The position numbers and the translations under genes are program-made. From Octopus bimaculoides (Eukaryota): a DNA stretch of 64,000 nucleotides. The stretch is from NCBI RefSeq assembly GCF_001194135.2, contig NC_068992.1, forward strand, positions 66,609,950 to 66,673,949, read 5' to 3'. The notes beneath the pieces are model-generated. The model was not told the DNA's origin and made no database searches. It was given only the letters and a program-made list of their open reading frames with translations. This document shows positions 50,315 to 62,665 of this stretch, in pieces (within the stretch, counting starts at the first letter, position 1; every line of letters starts with the position of its first letter).

Positions 50315-50333
50315 CTTGTGTTGTTGAATCCAT
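50315..50333 (-). CDS. Candidate start-codon exon end (MDSTTQ)
   Basis: AAAAG-ATG-G Kozak context, donor AAG|GTAACG, and a TGACGTGA site about 55 bp upstream. Confidence 0.18.
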
Positions 50334-50899
50334 CTTTTGTGGTCATAAACCAAGAGAACTGCAATGTTGTGTAATATGTTTCGTGTCACGTCATCTCAAG
50401 CTGTTCGTCCGCCTCGAGGCGACAACAGCAGGTTGTTTTTATTTTTATTTAACCACTGGCAGGTTGTTTTTGTTGCTATTTAACCAGTGGTCAGTCTTAA
50501 TCAAGCAGACTTATAATAAAAAAAGTATTTTCTACCGTGACCATCATGTTTCTTTCGCTGTTGATATTCATCTAACAATGAAAAACCAAGATCGAGCCAT
50601 AAAAAAGCCGCCATTTCATGGAATAATCACCAAATAAATATTTCGAACCGGATAAACATTTTTCAAGAGAAATAATTTAACTCTTACATTATAATTTCTG
50701 CTGGTTGAATGTTAGAGGCCTGTGCTAGAAGTCAACGTTAGAGGCCAGCCCCGAAGATCTTTCATTTCCTCTCATGACAGTCCCTTCTCTTTCTACTTTC
50801 CCTCCCATACTCTACTCTATCTCTATACCTTTTAGGACAAACTGACCCCTTTTACTGCTTCTCTTATTATTTCTCTCTTAGACTCCCCCCCCCCCAGCT

Positions 50900-52680
50900 T
50901 CTGCAGGATTTACACTTTCCATTTATTGTTTACACCGCTAATCTATCATTTACTTGGAAGTGCTTTGTAAACTTGGTTTTGCTACAGTTCATTTGAGTTC
51001 TAAACTCGCCAAAAATGTAGTAAAACAAAATTGTCAAAAATTTTGCAAGTTAACTGGAGTTTAGAAACACCAAAGCTATCTTAAGTATTTCAGAAATGGG
51101 TGCAGAATTCTGAAATGAATTTTGTCGGTGAAGAGACATCTTTGAGCAACAGAATAAATGTCATTCATCGTAAATGCTAGTCTACCTATTTCCTGGTGCC
51201 GATGCCAGTAAATTCATGGTTAGCGACAAAAGTGACCGAGAAGTTTGTCAGGCATAACCTTTGCGATTCAGTATTTCCTAATTCTTTTTTTATAAATTTC
51301 ATAGAGAGGAAAGCATTTAATATATTTGCATGGGAGAAATCTATCAGTGCCACCATCAGGGATTAGGCTATTGATCGTTTATTGAGCTTCCATCTATATT
51401 TCTGTGATTTACTGGATTAGTAAGATCAATTTCTGATAATTTATTTGATCGCAAAACATCTTTCACAAAAACCTGTGCAAGAATTGTCTGATACTTTCAT
51501 GAAAATATTGAACGCAATGCTTGCAGTCTAAACAATTCCAGCAGAAACTCAACATTAATTGTATTTATTTTCTTCAGTAAATATTCAAGAAATCGTAGCA
51601 CGTGTTTTGTTCTTTTGTGGAGATTTATTTTGTATATTTTTGTCGCTCCACCACTCTTATCTGTCTTTAAGATTCTGCTTGAAAGTCAAAATGTCACATT
51701 ATTGTGATTTCACTTCAATTAGGTTTTCATGTGATAACCAATTAATTTGAGTGTTTTGGAACTGAATTCTGTCTGGTGTTTTGACGTCTGTTTTCTAACA
51801 AAGTAGGATGACAAATCTTTCAGAAATGATTCTAGATACAAAAATAAAACGCGGTGAAGATAGAATTCATAACTAAAACAGACGGGATGGTTACCTTTAT
51901 TGATTTTTGAAAACTGAGCTTTCTACTCATCAGTATGGACCATTTACTACTTCCAAATAGAATAATTTTATAGGAATGGTCTGCTTAGTAAATATAGATT
52001 TCTACAACTCCATCAAGCACCATCAATGAACCATTTTTACTCAATCACAATAACAAGTAGAAGATCTTTGACATCAAACGATTCCAAACTTTATGTTGTT
52101 ATATTGGGACAAACATTGTTAACATTTTCGTTTCCTGCAATTATCTGATATTTCAATACTTTTGTTGATGCACATTTCCTCTTTGTACGATATACGACAA
52201 TTTGATTGTTTATAAATCACAATATCCAGCTACTTTGCTGTCATGAAACACAAATATCAAGTCATCACCGTTTTTCGAAGACAGGGGAACCTCAAAGAAA
52301 TATCCTGCAATCAGCAATTCTACTTTCGCAGCTTCGTTTTTTACCTAATGTCTTTTTTTTCCCTAAGAAAAATTTGTTGCAGTAAAAGATTGTTTTGTGC
52401 TTCGTAGTATTTTCATGACTGTAAACCATTTATTCGTGGCATTTTCTAGTTGAATCTTATAACATGCAGCAGTAGCAGTAGACAGCATGGCTGTTAACAT
52501 CTTGTCAGCCTCTACCTGCTCCTCTTGAAAGGTTTCAGCGTACCACTTCTTTTTCTTAGATGGAACCCAATCTGTCATTACCAAAGAAAAAGGCTGACAA
52601 ATCAGAGATGTTTCAAATAAACGAAACATAAACCAGCGCCCGTTAATCACCACATCAACGTCATAAACTTGATTAATTTG
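50900..52680 (-). mobile_element. Third hAT transposase relic, of a different lineage
   Basis: About 160 codons with 2 stops, including KVELLIAGY..FHDSKVA..KLSYIV (FPDSKIA..TKxSY-like). Then ESFLKDLSSYF..KLIGYHMKT (xTRW-like) and LRFLEYLLKKINTINVEF..YQTIL..FVK..IDL..N. Confidence 0.7.
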
Positions 52681-53171
52681 TTACTTGTGTATTCTGCGCA
52701 GTGTGAATCTATTCAACGGTTTTCAAATACTTACAGACAATTATAGGAATCTTTACGAAAGTTATTCTATTATTAATGGATGGTGAGTGTATTATTTGAG
52801 TCCTAATTGTTTTGTGAATTGACGCGTGTATATTTAAATGAGAACAATAAATTTCCAATAATTTTAATTTATATTCAAATACGAAACCATTCTTATTCGT
52901 CGTCTTGATAATTGGACTTTGTCGTTGGCACGAGGCTGCTTTCTACGAACAGTAATCGTGCCTACATCTGAGAATATCTTTTTGCTAGTTGCTATAATCT
53001 GTCATAATCTGTATGGGGATTGACTGTTTTATACAAAATGCTTCAAAAGTAATTTTTCCTCTTTAATCCAGGTAAAAAATAAGATGTTCAATCGTCGTCG
53101 TCGTCGTCGTAATCATCATCATAATCACCATAATCATCATCATTGTTATAAAGTAAGACGAATAATTTTGT

Positions 53172-54150
53172 ACTCAGAATATAACTTTATAAACGAACGG
53201 ACTAAATAGTGCAACAATTGAAAACGGAAGTGCCAAGCGGCGAATTGTCATTTCAATTTGCTCACGATGCAAAACCCTTTTTATAATTGACCCAGTCGAC
53301 AGTTGTACTCTTCCTTCACCGGACAACAGGTGTTCAGCATAAACCCACATTTCAGATATCTCTGGACACTGGACAATAACTTGAGGGATGGTTTTCCTAT
53401 CCCTCCCCCGCATCTTGGACAGGTCGGAGAATGAGACTTTCCATGTCTTGCGAGTTTATCCCAAACGGGCAAGGCGCCCCTGTAACATTGCTAGGTCAAG
53501 GACTTTTGGAAATTGTCCAACGTTCTCAACCCGAATATACGGTGTAACAGGCTGTCAAGTTGAATATACGCTAGACCTAGAGTCGCCCCCAGGCCATCGT
53601 CACATTCAGACTCTACCAACCCACTAAATAGTAAACGTGTAGAACCCCCACTGCTGGCGTTGCCCGAGCGCCGGAATAGCAGGAGAGCCTTACGACACTC
53701 CATATGCCACCTACTTGACCTCGGTCTACGAGAACACCAGGCTTCCTGTTCGCAAAAACTTTTGAACTCGGGAAACATTTGTCTGGCTAGCGGAGACCAC
53801 ACCCGTTCACCATCCAGGAGAATCCAGATATGCCTCAACCTCAACGCATGCCTGCGCATCATTAACCAAGGCATCCCTAAACCTCCCTTTAACAGCTTCT
53901 GACAACAGATAGAGCGTTTCACAAGTGGCGACTGGCCCTTCCACAAAAAATGAAAGAGCTGCCTCTCCAACCTAATCACCCACGAATCCGGACAGGGCAC
54001 GACGGTCAGGTGGTAGGTAATGACCGATGCGATAAACACATAGGCCACCTCGGCCCTCCCTTTCAGGGATAGCCACCGCCAAGACCAGGTCTTGACTATT
54101 GCAGCCACCCTGCTCGAAACCTCCGTCCAGTTCTTCTCTATCTGGACGGA
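53172..54150 (-). mobile_element. Tx1/L1-clade LINE ORF2 3' fragment, 5'-truncated
   Basis: EKNWTEV..WSWRWLSLKGR..FLWKGQ..VKR..GGLGMP and zinc knuckle CPRC..ETI..C. ORFs 53491-54108 and 53174-53413. Confidence 0.9.
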
Positions 54151-54902
54151 GGATGTGGCATCTGATGAGAAAGAATTAGCTACTGTTTCTAGCAGCTCGA
54201 TCGACTACAAAGAGGATTCATTGAAGTGCCTTATTCATTTGGAAAACGGCTGGAAATGTTTCTACTAGGGTAACGTGACCGATCATCCCCCACCCCATTA
54301 AAGTAGGAGGTGTTCTTCCCCCCCGCTCCATTATTCACCAAGACATGAATATTTATTGTTTATTCCGTCAAATGATAATGTAACAGCAACGAATGTAATT
54401 ATCCAACTTCCGGTGTTTTGTTTATTTGCAAACATTTATTGAAAGCTTCCGTAAAACGCTCCATTCACCTCACAGTTATACATACCCCGCTACACACATA
54501 CATAAAACATTCACATTCGCACATGCACACACATGAAACACGCATTCACAAATCTCACATATTCACACGCATTCCCACACATATAAACATACACACAAAA
54601 GAATCTCATTCATTTAACTTCGAAACGTGTTTTGGTTAACAACGTACAAACCGGTTTGTTTCCCTTCATTCATCAATTCGATCGATCAATCATACATTCA
54701 TTAACCCATTCATTAAATCATTCATTAGTTCTCCTTCATTAATTCTCCCTCTGTCTCACCCTCCTCGCGGACACGTACGTGCACACACGAATATTATGAA
54801 CAACTGCAACGCTGGGTCCGCGCCGGACACAATGCTATGCTCTCGTCTAACCCACACCCTTGCCACAAACTGAATGGCAGCTTCTGGCCCCCAGGAAACT
54901 TT

Positions 54903-54972
54903 GTGAGACACTTGCCCAAAGTAGCACGCAGTGGGACTGAACCTGGAACCATGTGGTTAGTAAGCAAGGTAC
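54903..54972 (-). mobile_element. SINE family A head fragment
   Basis: GACACTTGCCCAAAGTAGCACGCAGTGGGACTGAACCTGGAACCATGTGG. Confidence 0.8.
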
Positions 54973-55949
54973 TTTATTTCATTTTATTTGCCATAAAGGC
55001 AGTATACAGAGTAGCTGCGGGCTGGACAAACACATTAATGAATGAAAATGAAATAAAATGAATAGATGAGACGAAACCCAACACCCGCTGATTGGATTTT
55101 TCTCGAAAACATATTTTCTTTTTTAAAAATCAATATGAGGTTTCAAACCTCTTACAAAAAGGAGGCACTAAAACCTCTTAACATGTTTTTTTTTTAAATC
55201 ACACACAATACATACATATATTGGTAGAAATGTGTAATTTTGTATTTTGAATTCGGTTTTATGTNNNNNNNNNNNNNNNNNNNNNNNNNNNNNNNNNNNN
55301 NNNNNNNNNNNNNNNNNNNNNNNNNNNNNNNNNNNNNNNNNNNNNNNNNNNNNNNNNNNNCCCCAACCCCCCCAAAAGGTAAAGGGTGGCGACGGTTGCG
55401 ATTTAATGTCCAGAGTGAGAATTAAGGCTTTTTATGGTTCAGGGTTCAAGATGAACTGCAAAAATTTGATCTTGTGAACAATGTCTGTGTATAACCGTAA
55501 TTCCCAATGTTTTAGGCGTTAATCACGAATGTTCTTAATCCTTCCTCAAAAAATTAAGTCATGGGAGAGATTTCTTGTATATTTTCATTTATGTGTTTCA
55601 AACTTCATTTTTATTTCAGATTATTTTAAACAGAATCTGCAATGTTTTGAAAATTTCGTTGAATCTCTTTATAAAATTAATCAGGCATCGCTGCAATTAT
55701 GGAAGGAATTTTGCAAGTTGCCATAAAATTCTCGTCTTTATTTTTCTTCTGCCGTTTCATGTTTTCTTTGTTTCACATCCAAAAACTAGTGAATTCATGT
55801 GGCTGTATTTATTTGAGGTAGGAATTAACCCGGGCAAGGTCGTCTGCTGCATACAATACGTACACGTACATACATGTACACATATATACCTATACATAGA
55901 TATATACACACATATATATATATACATATACAGACACACACACATACTC

Positions 55950-57000
55950 TTGTTCTTTACTGTTTCTGAAGTGTTGGATATTAAAACTTTCTTTTCCGCT
56001 GTTGTTTCTGGCTCTGTTAGTTGATCATTAAATATTTTGGCCACCAATTCCTGTATTTCTTTAGTATTTTTAATCGGAAAATTTAGGAATTTTTCTATTC
56101 CAACTTCCTACGAGTTCTTCATTATTTTTTGCAACGTCTGGGTAACTTCGTGCATTGAATTGGTTTCTCACCATTATTCTTCAGATACTACACTTGTTCA
56201 AACATTATCATCTGTGACGATGCATTTGCTGTCCATATTCCTTCTCACCATTATTCCACTTCTCTTACAGTCCACGTTGCATCTATTTCTGTTCTACTTT
56301 TACCGAATTCTTAATAAAATCGTTTTAGGTTAAACTCGAACTGTTTGTCTACTTCAAAGAATCATTATCACTTTTTTACATCAACCAATTCTTTGTGATT
56401 CAGTGAGGATCTTCACATTCATGAAATTTTTTGATTGTGAATACTTCTTTCTTGGTGGGTTTTTTTTTTATATTTCTATAACATCTCTCCTTTGTTCGTG
56501 TCCTATTATTGATTACATTAAGAAATAAAAGATATTTTCTTTGTTTGTTTCTCATCTTTTTCTTTTTCTGTTTCGTTTCCACGTTGTTTGCTTTTTGATA
56601 TTCCTGTTTGACTAGCTTCAAGGAAATACCATTTTCATTTTGAACTACTGCAGCGGCCACCGCACATTTGGTTTATTTTGGTGATTCTGTTGCTCCATCA
56701 CTTTTCACTTTGTTTATGATGACCAAATTTACCTTTTTTCTTCTTGCTATTTTAAAGTTAACTTTTATCTTAGGGATTGTAGTTTTTTTGGAACATAGAA
56801 ATAGTTTTTATCGATTATAATTCTTTAACTATTTCTATTTACTGATTATATTCATCCTCCGAGTTTACATCTTTAGAAATTTCTATTCTTAAATCTCTCA
56901 TCCTCTTTTATTCATATTTTCGTCCGTGTTACTCTGAGTTAGTTTTTACTCGTTGCTATTTTTATAAGGCATGAACCTTATACTTAATTATCTTCCTTTG
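55950..57000 (-). mobile_element. R4/Dong-type LINE fragment (region upstream of the RT core)
   Basis: FEFNLKRFY..EVE*W*EGIW..EVTQTLQK..GIEKFLNF.IK..LVAKIFNDQLTEPE..VLISNTSET matches the FxxNxKxFY / FWxxIW / PGxDxIxNFW order. Confidence 0.65.
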
Positions 57001-57058
57001 TTTAGCATCTCCTATGTCTATTTTCACCGTTTACTTTCTCTATATTTTAAACTTGTAA

Positions 57059-57268
57059 GGTGGCGAGCTGCAGAAACGTTAGCATGCCGGGCGAAATGCT
57101 TCGTGGTATTTCGTGTTTTTACGTTCTGAGTTCAAATTCCGTCGAGGCCAGCTTTGCCTTTCATCCTTTCGGAGTCGTTAAAATAAGTACCAGTTGCGTA
57201 CTGGGTCGATCTAATCGACTTGCCTCCTTACCCCCGAAATTACTGGCCTTGTGCCAAAATTTGAAACC
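57059..57268 (+). mobile_element. SINE family B, full length
   Basis: TGGCGAGCTGCAGAAACGTTAGC..TTCTGAGTTCAAATTCCGTCGAGG..AGTACCAGTT..GTCGATCTAATCGAC..GTGCCAAAATTTGAAACC. Confidence 0.92.
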
Positions 57269-57440
57269 GATATTTTTGACTTGAATGTTAAGTATTCTAT
57301 GTCTGATGTATTTTTGATTTTTTAGAATGTATCTTGCTAAATGAGTTCGTTGGGCATTCAAAGCTACGTTTAAACCCAGGTTATTTTCTTGAGGTTGTTT
57401 GTGGTGAATACTCTATTTTGTGTGTGACGAAGTTTAGAGG

Positions 57441-57725
57441 AATGAATCGACCCCAGTGATTATTTTTTTCAAGCCTGGTATTTATTTTATCGGTAACTTT
57501 TGCTGAACCGATAGGTTACAGCGATGTAAATACACCAACACCAGTTGTCATGCGGTGGTGGAGGGGACACACACACACACACACACACACACGTCTACCA
57601 AATCCATTCACAAGGCTGTGGTCGGCCCGAGGTTGTAGTAGAAGACACTTGCCCAAGGTACCACGCAGTGAGACTGAACCTGGAATCATGAGGTTAGAAA
57701 GCAAGCTTCTTATCACACAGCTACC
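57441..57725 (-). mobile_element. SINE family A with internal (CA)n
   Basis: AAGCCTGGTATTTATTTTATCGG..(CA)n..GTAGAAGACACTTGCCCAAGGTACCACGCAGTGAGACTGAACC. Confidence 0.9.
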
Positions 57726-58372
57726 CCCTGCATGTAAAAGAAACTTATTTATTCCGTGTCTAATTAAACCTATTCTGTTTTTCTTGCGTGACGTGAAGAG
57801 TAAAACTCAACCAATTTATTTAGTTTGTTATCATTTGCATTCGATGCTGGCGTATTTGGGGAGCGACTGAGTCGTGCACGCCTTACTTTCGAATTTGTTA
57901 TGCATGAATTAATTATAAATTACTTAGAAATCAATGAGTTCTGTTAGGTAAAAAGAAGCCTTCGGTAATTATACAGCAATCCAGTCACGTGGTTAATCAC
58001 ATCCACTGAGCCATTTGAAACTTATATGACTTGACCGTGTTTCAGTGTTTGTGGTGATGATGAATACCATTGATTAACAAACCGATATTCTATCACCTCG
58101 GCTTCCAGTCTCTCCCCACAAATGGCTGCATTATTTCAACTGTGTAGAATAGTTCATTTATGTTAAACTTAGTTTAGTTTTTGAAGCAAAAATGAAAGCA
58201 ATCTCGTAATAAAAATATTAGAATATCCTAAAGATATTTAGATGAGAACAGCAATTTTTTAATGTTCATTTCTTGATAAAGTTGCATGACATTTATGAAT
58301 TTCTAAGCTTGAATATTATATTTTTCTTGAATAGATTTTTATCCTGATATATCTATGAATATGGATGAGGCC

Positions 58373-58411
<39 letters not shown>

Positions 58412-58459
58412 CTAACGAATTCATTTTTATGATTATAATATTTTTCTTTCTCTTCACAG

Positions 58460-58553
58460 CACACTAAAATCAAAATGAAAAAATGAATAAAATTGCAAGA
58501 TGTTCTTTTTTCCCCCTTTCGTATCCAGAAATGCGTAGAAGCGATACAAATAT
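58460..58553 (+). CDS. Candidate exon (ATG at 58483, MNKIARCSFFPLSYPEMRRSDTN) or 25-nt micro-exon from 58529
   Basis: Two strong acceptors (TCTCTTCACAG; CCCTTTCGTATCCAG) share the donor TAT|GTAAGT. Confidence 0.22.
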
Positions 58554-59639
58554 GTAAGTAACGAATCTAGCACGGCAGTGATAAACTATATTATACAGAA
58601 CTATCCTTTTGTGTATATCTACGGACTTTCCATCATAGCATGCAAAAGTTTTCTTCACGTTCCTCTACAACACATTAATGAGAAAAAGCTTAGTGTTTTT
58701 CTATCACACCAGCAGCTGCAAATTTCAAATGAAATAAGAGAAAAATCGAAATAAAAAGACAAAATTTCTAGTGAAATAGCACCGCAAGACAAATAACAGG
58801 CATTTCGGATAAATTATTTCCTGTCTTTCTGAAATGACTTCTTGTCAGATTAGAACCAAATAAATAGACCTTCCAGGCGCCTGCATTTATACAGTTTAGT
58901 CTTCTCAATCGATCAGGATGTTTCTGCTCGAAGCTAAATAGTATTTAGCAAGTAACAACAACGACAACAACTATCTTGGACTCGTTATATTTGCAAAAGC
59001 ATTGCTTATTTGTCATTTTAACTTGATTTATTTTAATAAATAGCCGCTGTCAGAATTCGGAACTATCTTGAGAGTTTATTTCAAATTTTCGAAACACACT
59101 TTGATCACAGTGCTACAATACAAAATCCTTCGACGGCCAAGTATTACATCCTTAGACAAATCTCCTTTAACAAACTGACATCTTTAAAATAAAAGCTACA
59201 TATTTTAAATCTTAGAAGATGTTCACAAAGGAAAGAAAAAAAAATGGATGGCTATAAATAGAAACGGTAATAAATTATTACAATTATTCGGTTACATTCG
59301 AGTAATAGGGTTAGACAAACATGGCCGAGTGAGGATTTTCTAAAACCACTAGAAGTAGTAGCAGTTGTAGCAGCAGTGGGTTTCCAGGATATATTGTGAG
59401 GCTACGAACCTACAAGTGGAAACATCTGTCAAAGGTTTAGACCTGACCAAGATTGTTTTATGAAACACCAGCAGTTTCCCGCCTATTCCTGCCTCCTCTC
59501 TCCAACCCACCAAATGCTTCCTATTTAGGCAAGTCTCCATCCTCTTCACTCCACATGTCACCATCGTTCAGAAACTAGACTTCTGGTGGATGTTGAAATA
59601 TATTATGACATAAGACTCCGGTGTGCCAAGCTTACCGAC

Positions 59640-60345
59640 ATTGGATTAGCGAATTAATTAAGCAGGCATTGGTAGGGGCAATTATCAACATGTTGAAAAA
59701 GGTGATTAGAGTAAATTCAATAGAGTTTAGTAAGGAAGTCGCGATAGGAAAATATAGACTAGAAGGAGATCTAGTTAGAAAATTGGGCGTTTAGGAAAGA
59801 CATCAAAAGGGGCAAGCTTTGTGGCGAGATTGGTTCTAAATCAATTCTTCAACGTGAAGCACGAAAGCTGCGTTACCAGAGGTAAGACGTTTTTACTTTA
59901 AGCCATGAAGGAAGGAAAACCGTGCGATCGGTTGACCATGACGAGTTTGTACTATTACTCGACTGCAAGAAAATGTGAGAGGCTTTTTAGCAGGACCCTG
60001 TTCAGCGTGAGTAGCAAGATAGATTGCAGGATGGACTTCAATCCTTACTTCGACAACCTGTCACCTCTTGGTAACGTTTCTGCAAGTCGAGAAGTGCTAA
60101 CGTTGCTGAAAAAATACTTGGCGGCCGTCCTCACTGTAGCCACAATGCACAGCGACATCTATTCGATGGTCAGAGTAAATGGTCACAAACCGGAACCTTC
60201 CAGTATCGTACGCTCAGTCTACCAAGCTTGTCACCTCTTGTCTTTTTTGTATGTACTGACATTCGAACCACAAATACGAAAGCTGGAATTCTGCGCAAAC
60301 AAGGAGGCGAAAGACACGTACCGGCATATGTGGACTTCCTCACAT
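59640..60345 (+). mobile_element. Tx1/L1-clade LINE RT fragment, internally deleted
   Basis: SMVRVNGH..RSVYQACHLLSFLYVLTFEP..RKLE (VRQGCPLSPLLY-like), then AYVD (AYADD-like). Confidence 0.8.
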
Positions 60346-60471
60346 GCTACAATTTTCTTTATTAAAATTTTAGTTTTTCTTTTGTTTATACATCTCTTCG
60401 TCCTCTCTGTCTTCTGTAACCTTGTTCTTGTAATGAACTCGTTTTTGCGTGAGCCCTGGAGGCCAATAAAG

Positions 60472-60511
<40 letters not shown>

Positions 60512-60746
60512 TTTAGATTGAAAAAAGAATATTTGTAGTTTTATTTTTGAATAGGCGTTTAGTACAACTGAATGACAACAGGAAAGGAAATATCGAGGGG
60601 ATCTCTCTCTCTCTCTCTCTTATNNNNNNNNNNNNNNNNNNNNNNNNNNNNNNNNNNNNNNNNNNNNNNNTATATATATATATATACATAAATAATGCAT
60701 ACAGTTGTCTATTACACACACACAAACACACATATATATGAACAGG

Positions 60747-60785
<39 letters not shown>

Positions 60786-62568
60786 GTCTATCAATTTATC
60801 TATCTATTTATCTATATATATATATCTATCTATTTATGCGGCTGTCTGTCCGGCTATGTGTCTGGCTATGTATGCACCTATCTACCATTCTGCCTATCTG
60901 TGTGTGTATGTGTGTGTGTGTATGTTTCGTTGCCGCCTCACTGAATGGACAGACATTTGTAACGCCATGTTTATAACACTGTTGACAGGGAAGAAGCGGG
61001 GTAGTAGTGAGAGGAATGGCCGGTACAGGATTGATGGCGTCTCTGTATCGGTCGGCTGCTTCGTTGAAATATAGAAAAATATATCGGTGAATGATGCTAG
61101 AAATGTCGAAAAATTAAAAAAAGAAATAAATAAAACGGTCTCTACTCTCTCATTCATTTCGAAGAGAGTAAGGTGAAGTTTGAGTGGTATTTCTACATGG
61201 CTTCACTGCCACACACTACCACCTTCAATTAACCCCTGCTACACAATGTGTTGTATGGCCGTCAACTAGCTGGAAGTCTGGTATGTCGAGATCAATAGAC
61301 CGATGGATCTCTCAATTCTTTAACCTGACTACCGAGTATCGGTCAGTTCGATCACACTTGAGCTGAGGTTAGACAATATAACATGGACCGCACGGACATG
61401 GTTGCGACAGGGGGGATAACACGAATTTAATGGAAAAGCGTTTCAGTACAAATATAAGAGCAACGACAAGGTAGCTTGTTAGTGGTTGTTTTACATACTT
61501 GAAATAGTAGTCAAATTGCCCTGAAATCGTCCTTTCACGTCGTAAAGTAAAATTTAGAAACACAGATTCCCGAATCAAGTACTGTGAGGCCATTTATATT
61601 ACACTCTCACAACCTTTATTGACTCATCGAAATAGCAACCAGAAGATCGAATGTCGCTCTATTTACATGAAATAATAGAATGGAGAGAGAGACTGGAGGA
61701 GGAAAACACGATGTTTGTGTTATTTTAGTGCATTTTTAGTGGTTTCTAAATGTTTGTTAAAAGCACATCACAATATAGTGCCACTTGCAGAACAACTGAA
61801 TCCCCAGAAACTTTGCGGATCAAATAAATTTTTCAAAATTCTTAGAACACCTTGAAGAAACACTCGTAAATTTAACAGTGCTACGAGTTTCTGCGGTTGG
61901 GTACAAATAGTTACATGGTGATCAAAATGGCCATCTGAAAGTGCAGCTTGTTAGCAACGTGGTACAATTACAAACCGATAACTTCATAACTGCTTCTTGC
62001 CTTCCAGTAATATATTATTGACTTTAATGACAAAAATGATCAACGTTGAGATACTAACAGAGTTCATGGGTTCGCAAAGTGGGTTTGATGGAGATGCCGG
62101 TAACTGAATGTAACATTGAGTCGTTAGTAACAAATTCTGGAAAGGCATAAATGTCACATGCGCACATGCACGCCTTCAAATCCATCACCATTTCCATCAT
62201 CAAAATCTACCTCTAGGACGACAGTATTGTTGATATGCATCAAAGAAATGTAAAGCAGCAAGAAATCATTACATCATACACACAGAAATAATACGCCATA
62301 TTCGACACACCGCATTCGTTATTACGACAATGGAAGACTTTCGACATCTTGGTCGGACTGTCGTCATAGCTGTGAACTTGTGCTTGTCTCTCTTTTTAGA
62401 TCTTCGCCATACTTGTTCCTCTTTCTCCTCCTGCTCTTACTGCATTTGCTGCTGCTGCTGCTGCTGCTGCACCTCCTCCTCCTCCTTCACCGCCGCCGCC
62501 TCCCCACTACCACCACCACCACTTCTTCTTCTTCTTCTTCTTCCACCTCCGCATCTCCTCTGCTCCAC

Positions 62569-62665
62569 GTCCCCTCCTCCTCGTCCCCTCCTCCTCGTCC
62601 CCTCCTCCTCGTCCCCTCTTCCTCTTCCCCTCCTCCTCGTCCCCCTCCTCCTCGTCCCTTCCTTC
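62569..62665. repeat. 14-bp polypyrimidine tandem repeat (~7 copies) within a (CTG)/(CCA)/(CTT)/(CCT) block
   Basis: Unit GTCCCCTCCTCCTC at 62569, 62583, 62597, 62611 and onward. Confidence 0.9.

Noticed and set aside
50167-50637. 156-aa + strand ORF
   Set aside because: TTG start, no recognisable motif, and it crosses a local 31-bp duplication.
60940-61096. Minus-strand exon candidate ending MALQMSVHS
   Set aside because: Good acceptor, but several frames are open and the donor is moderate; not distinguishable from chance.
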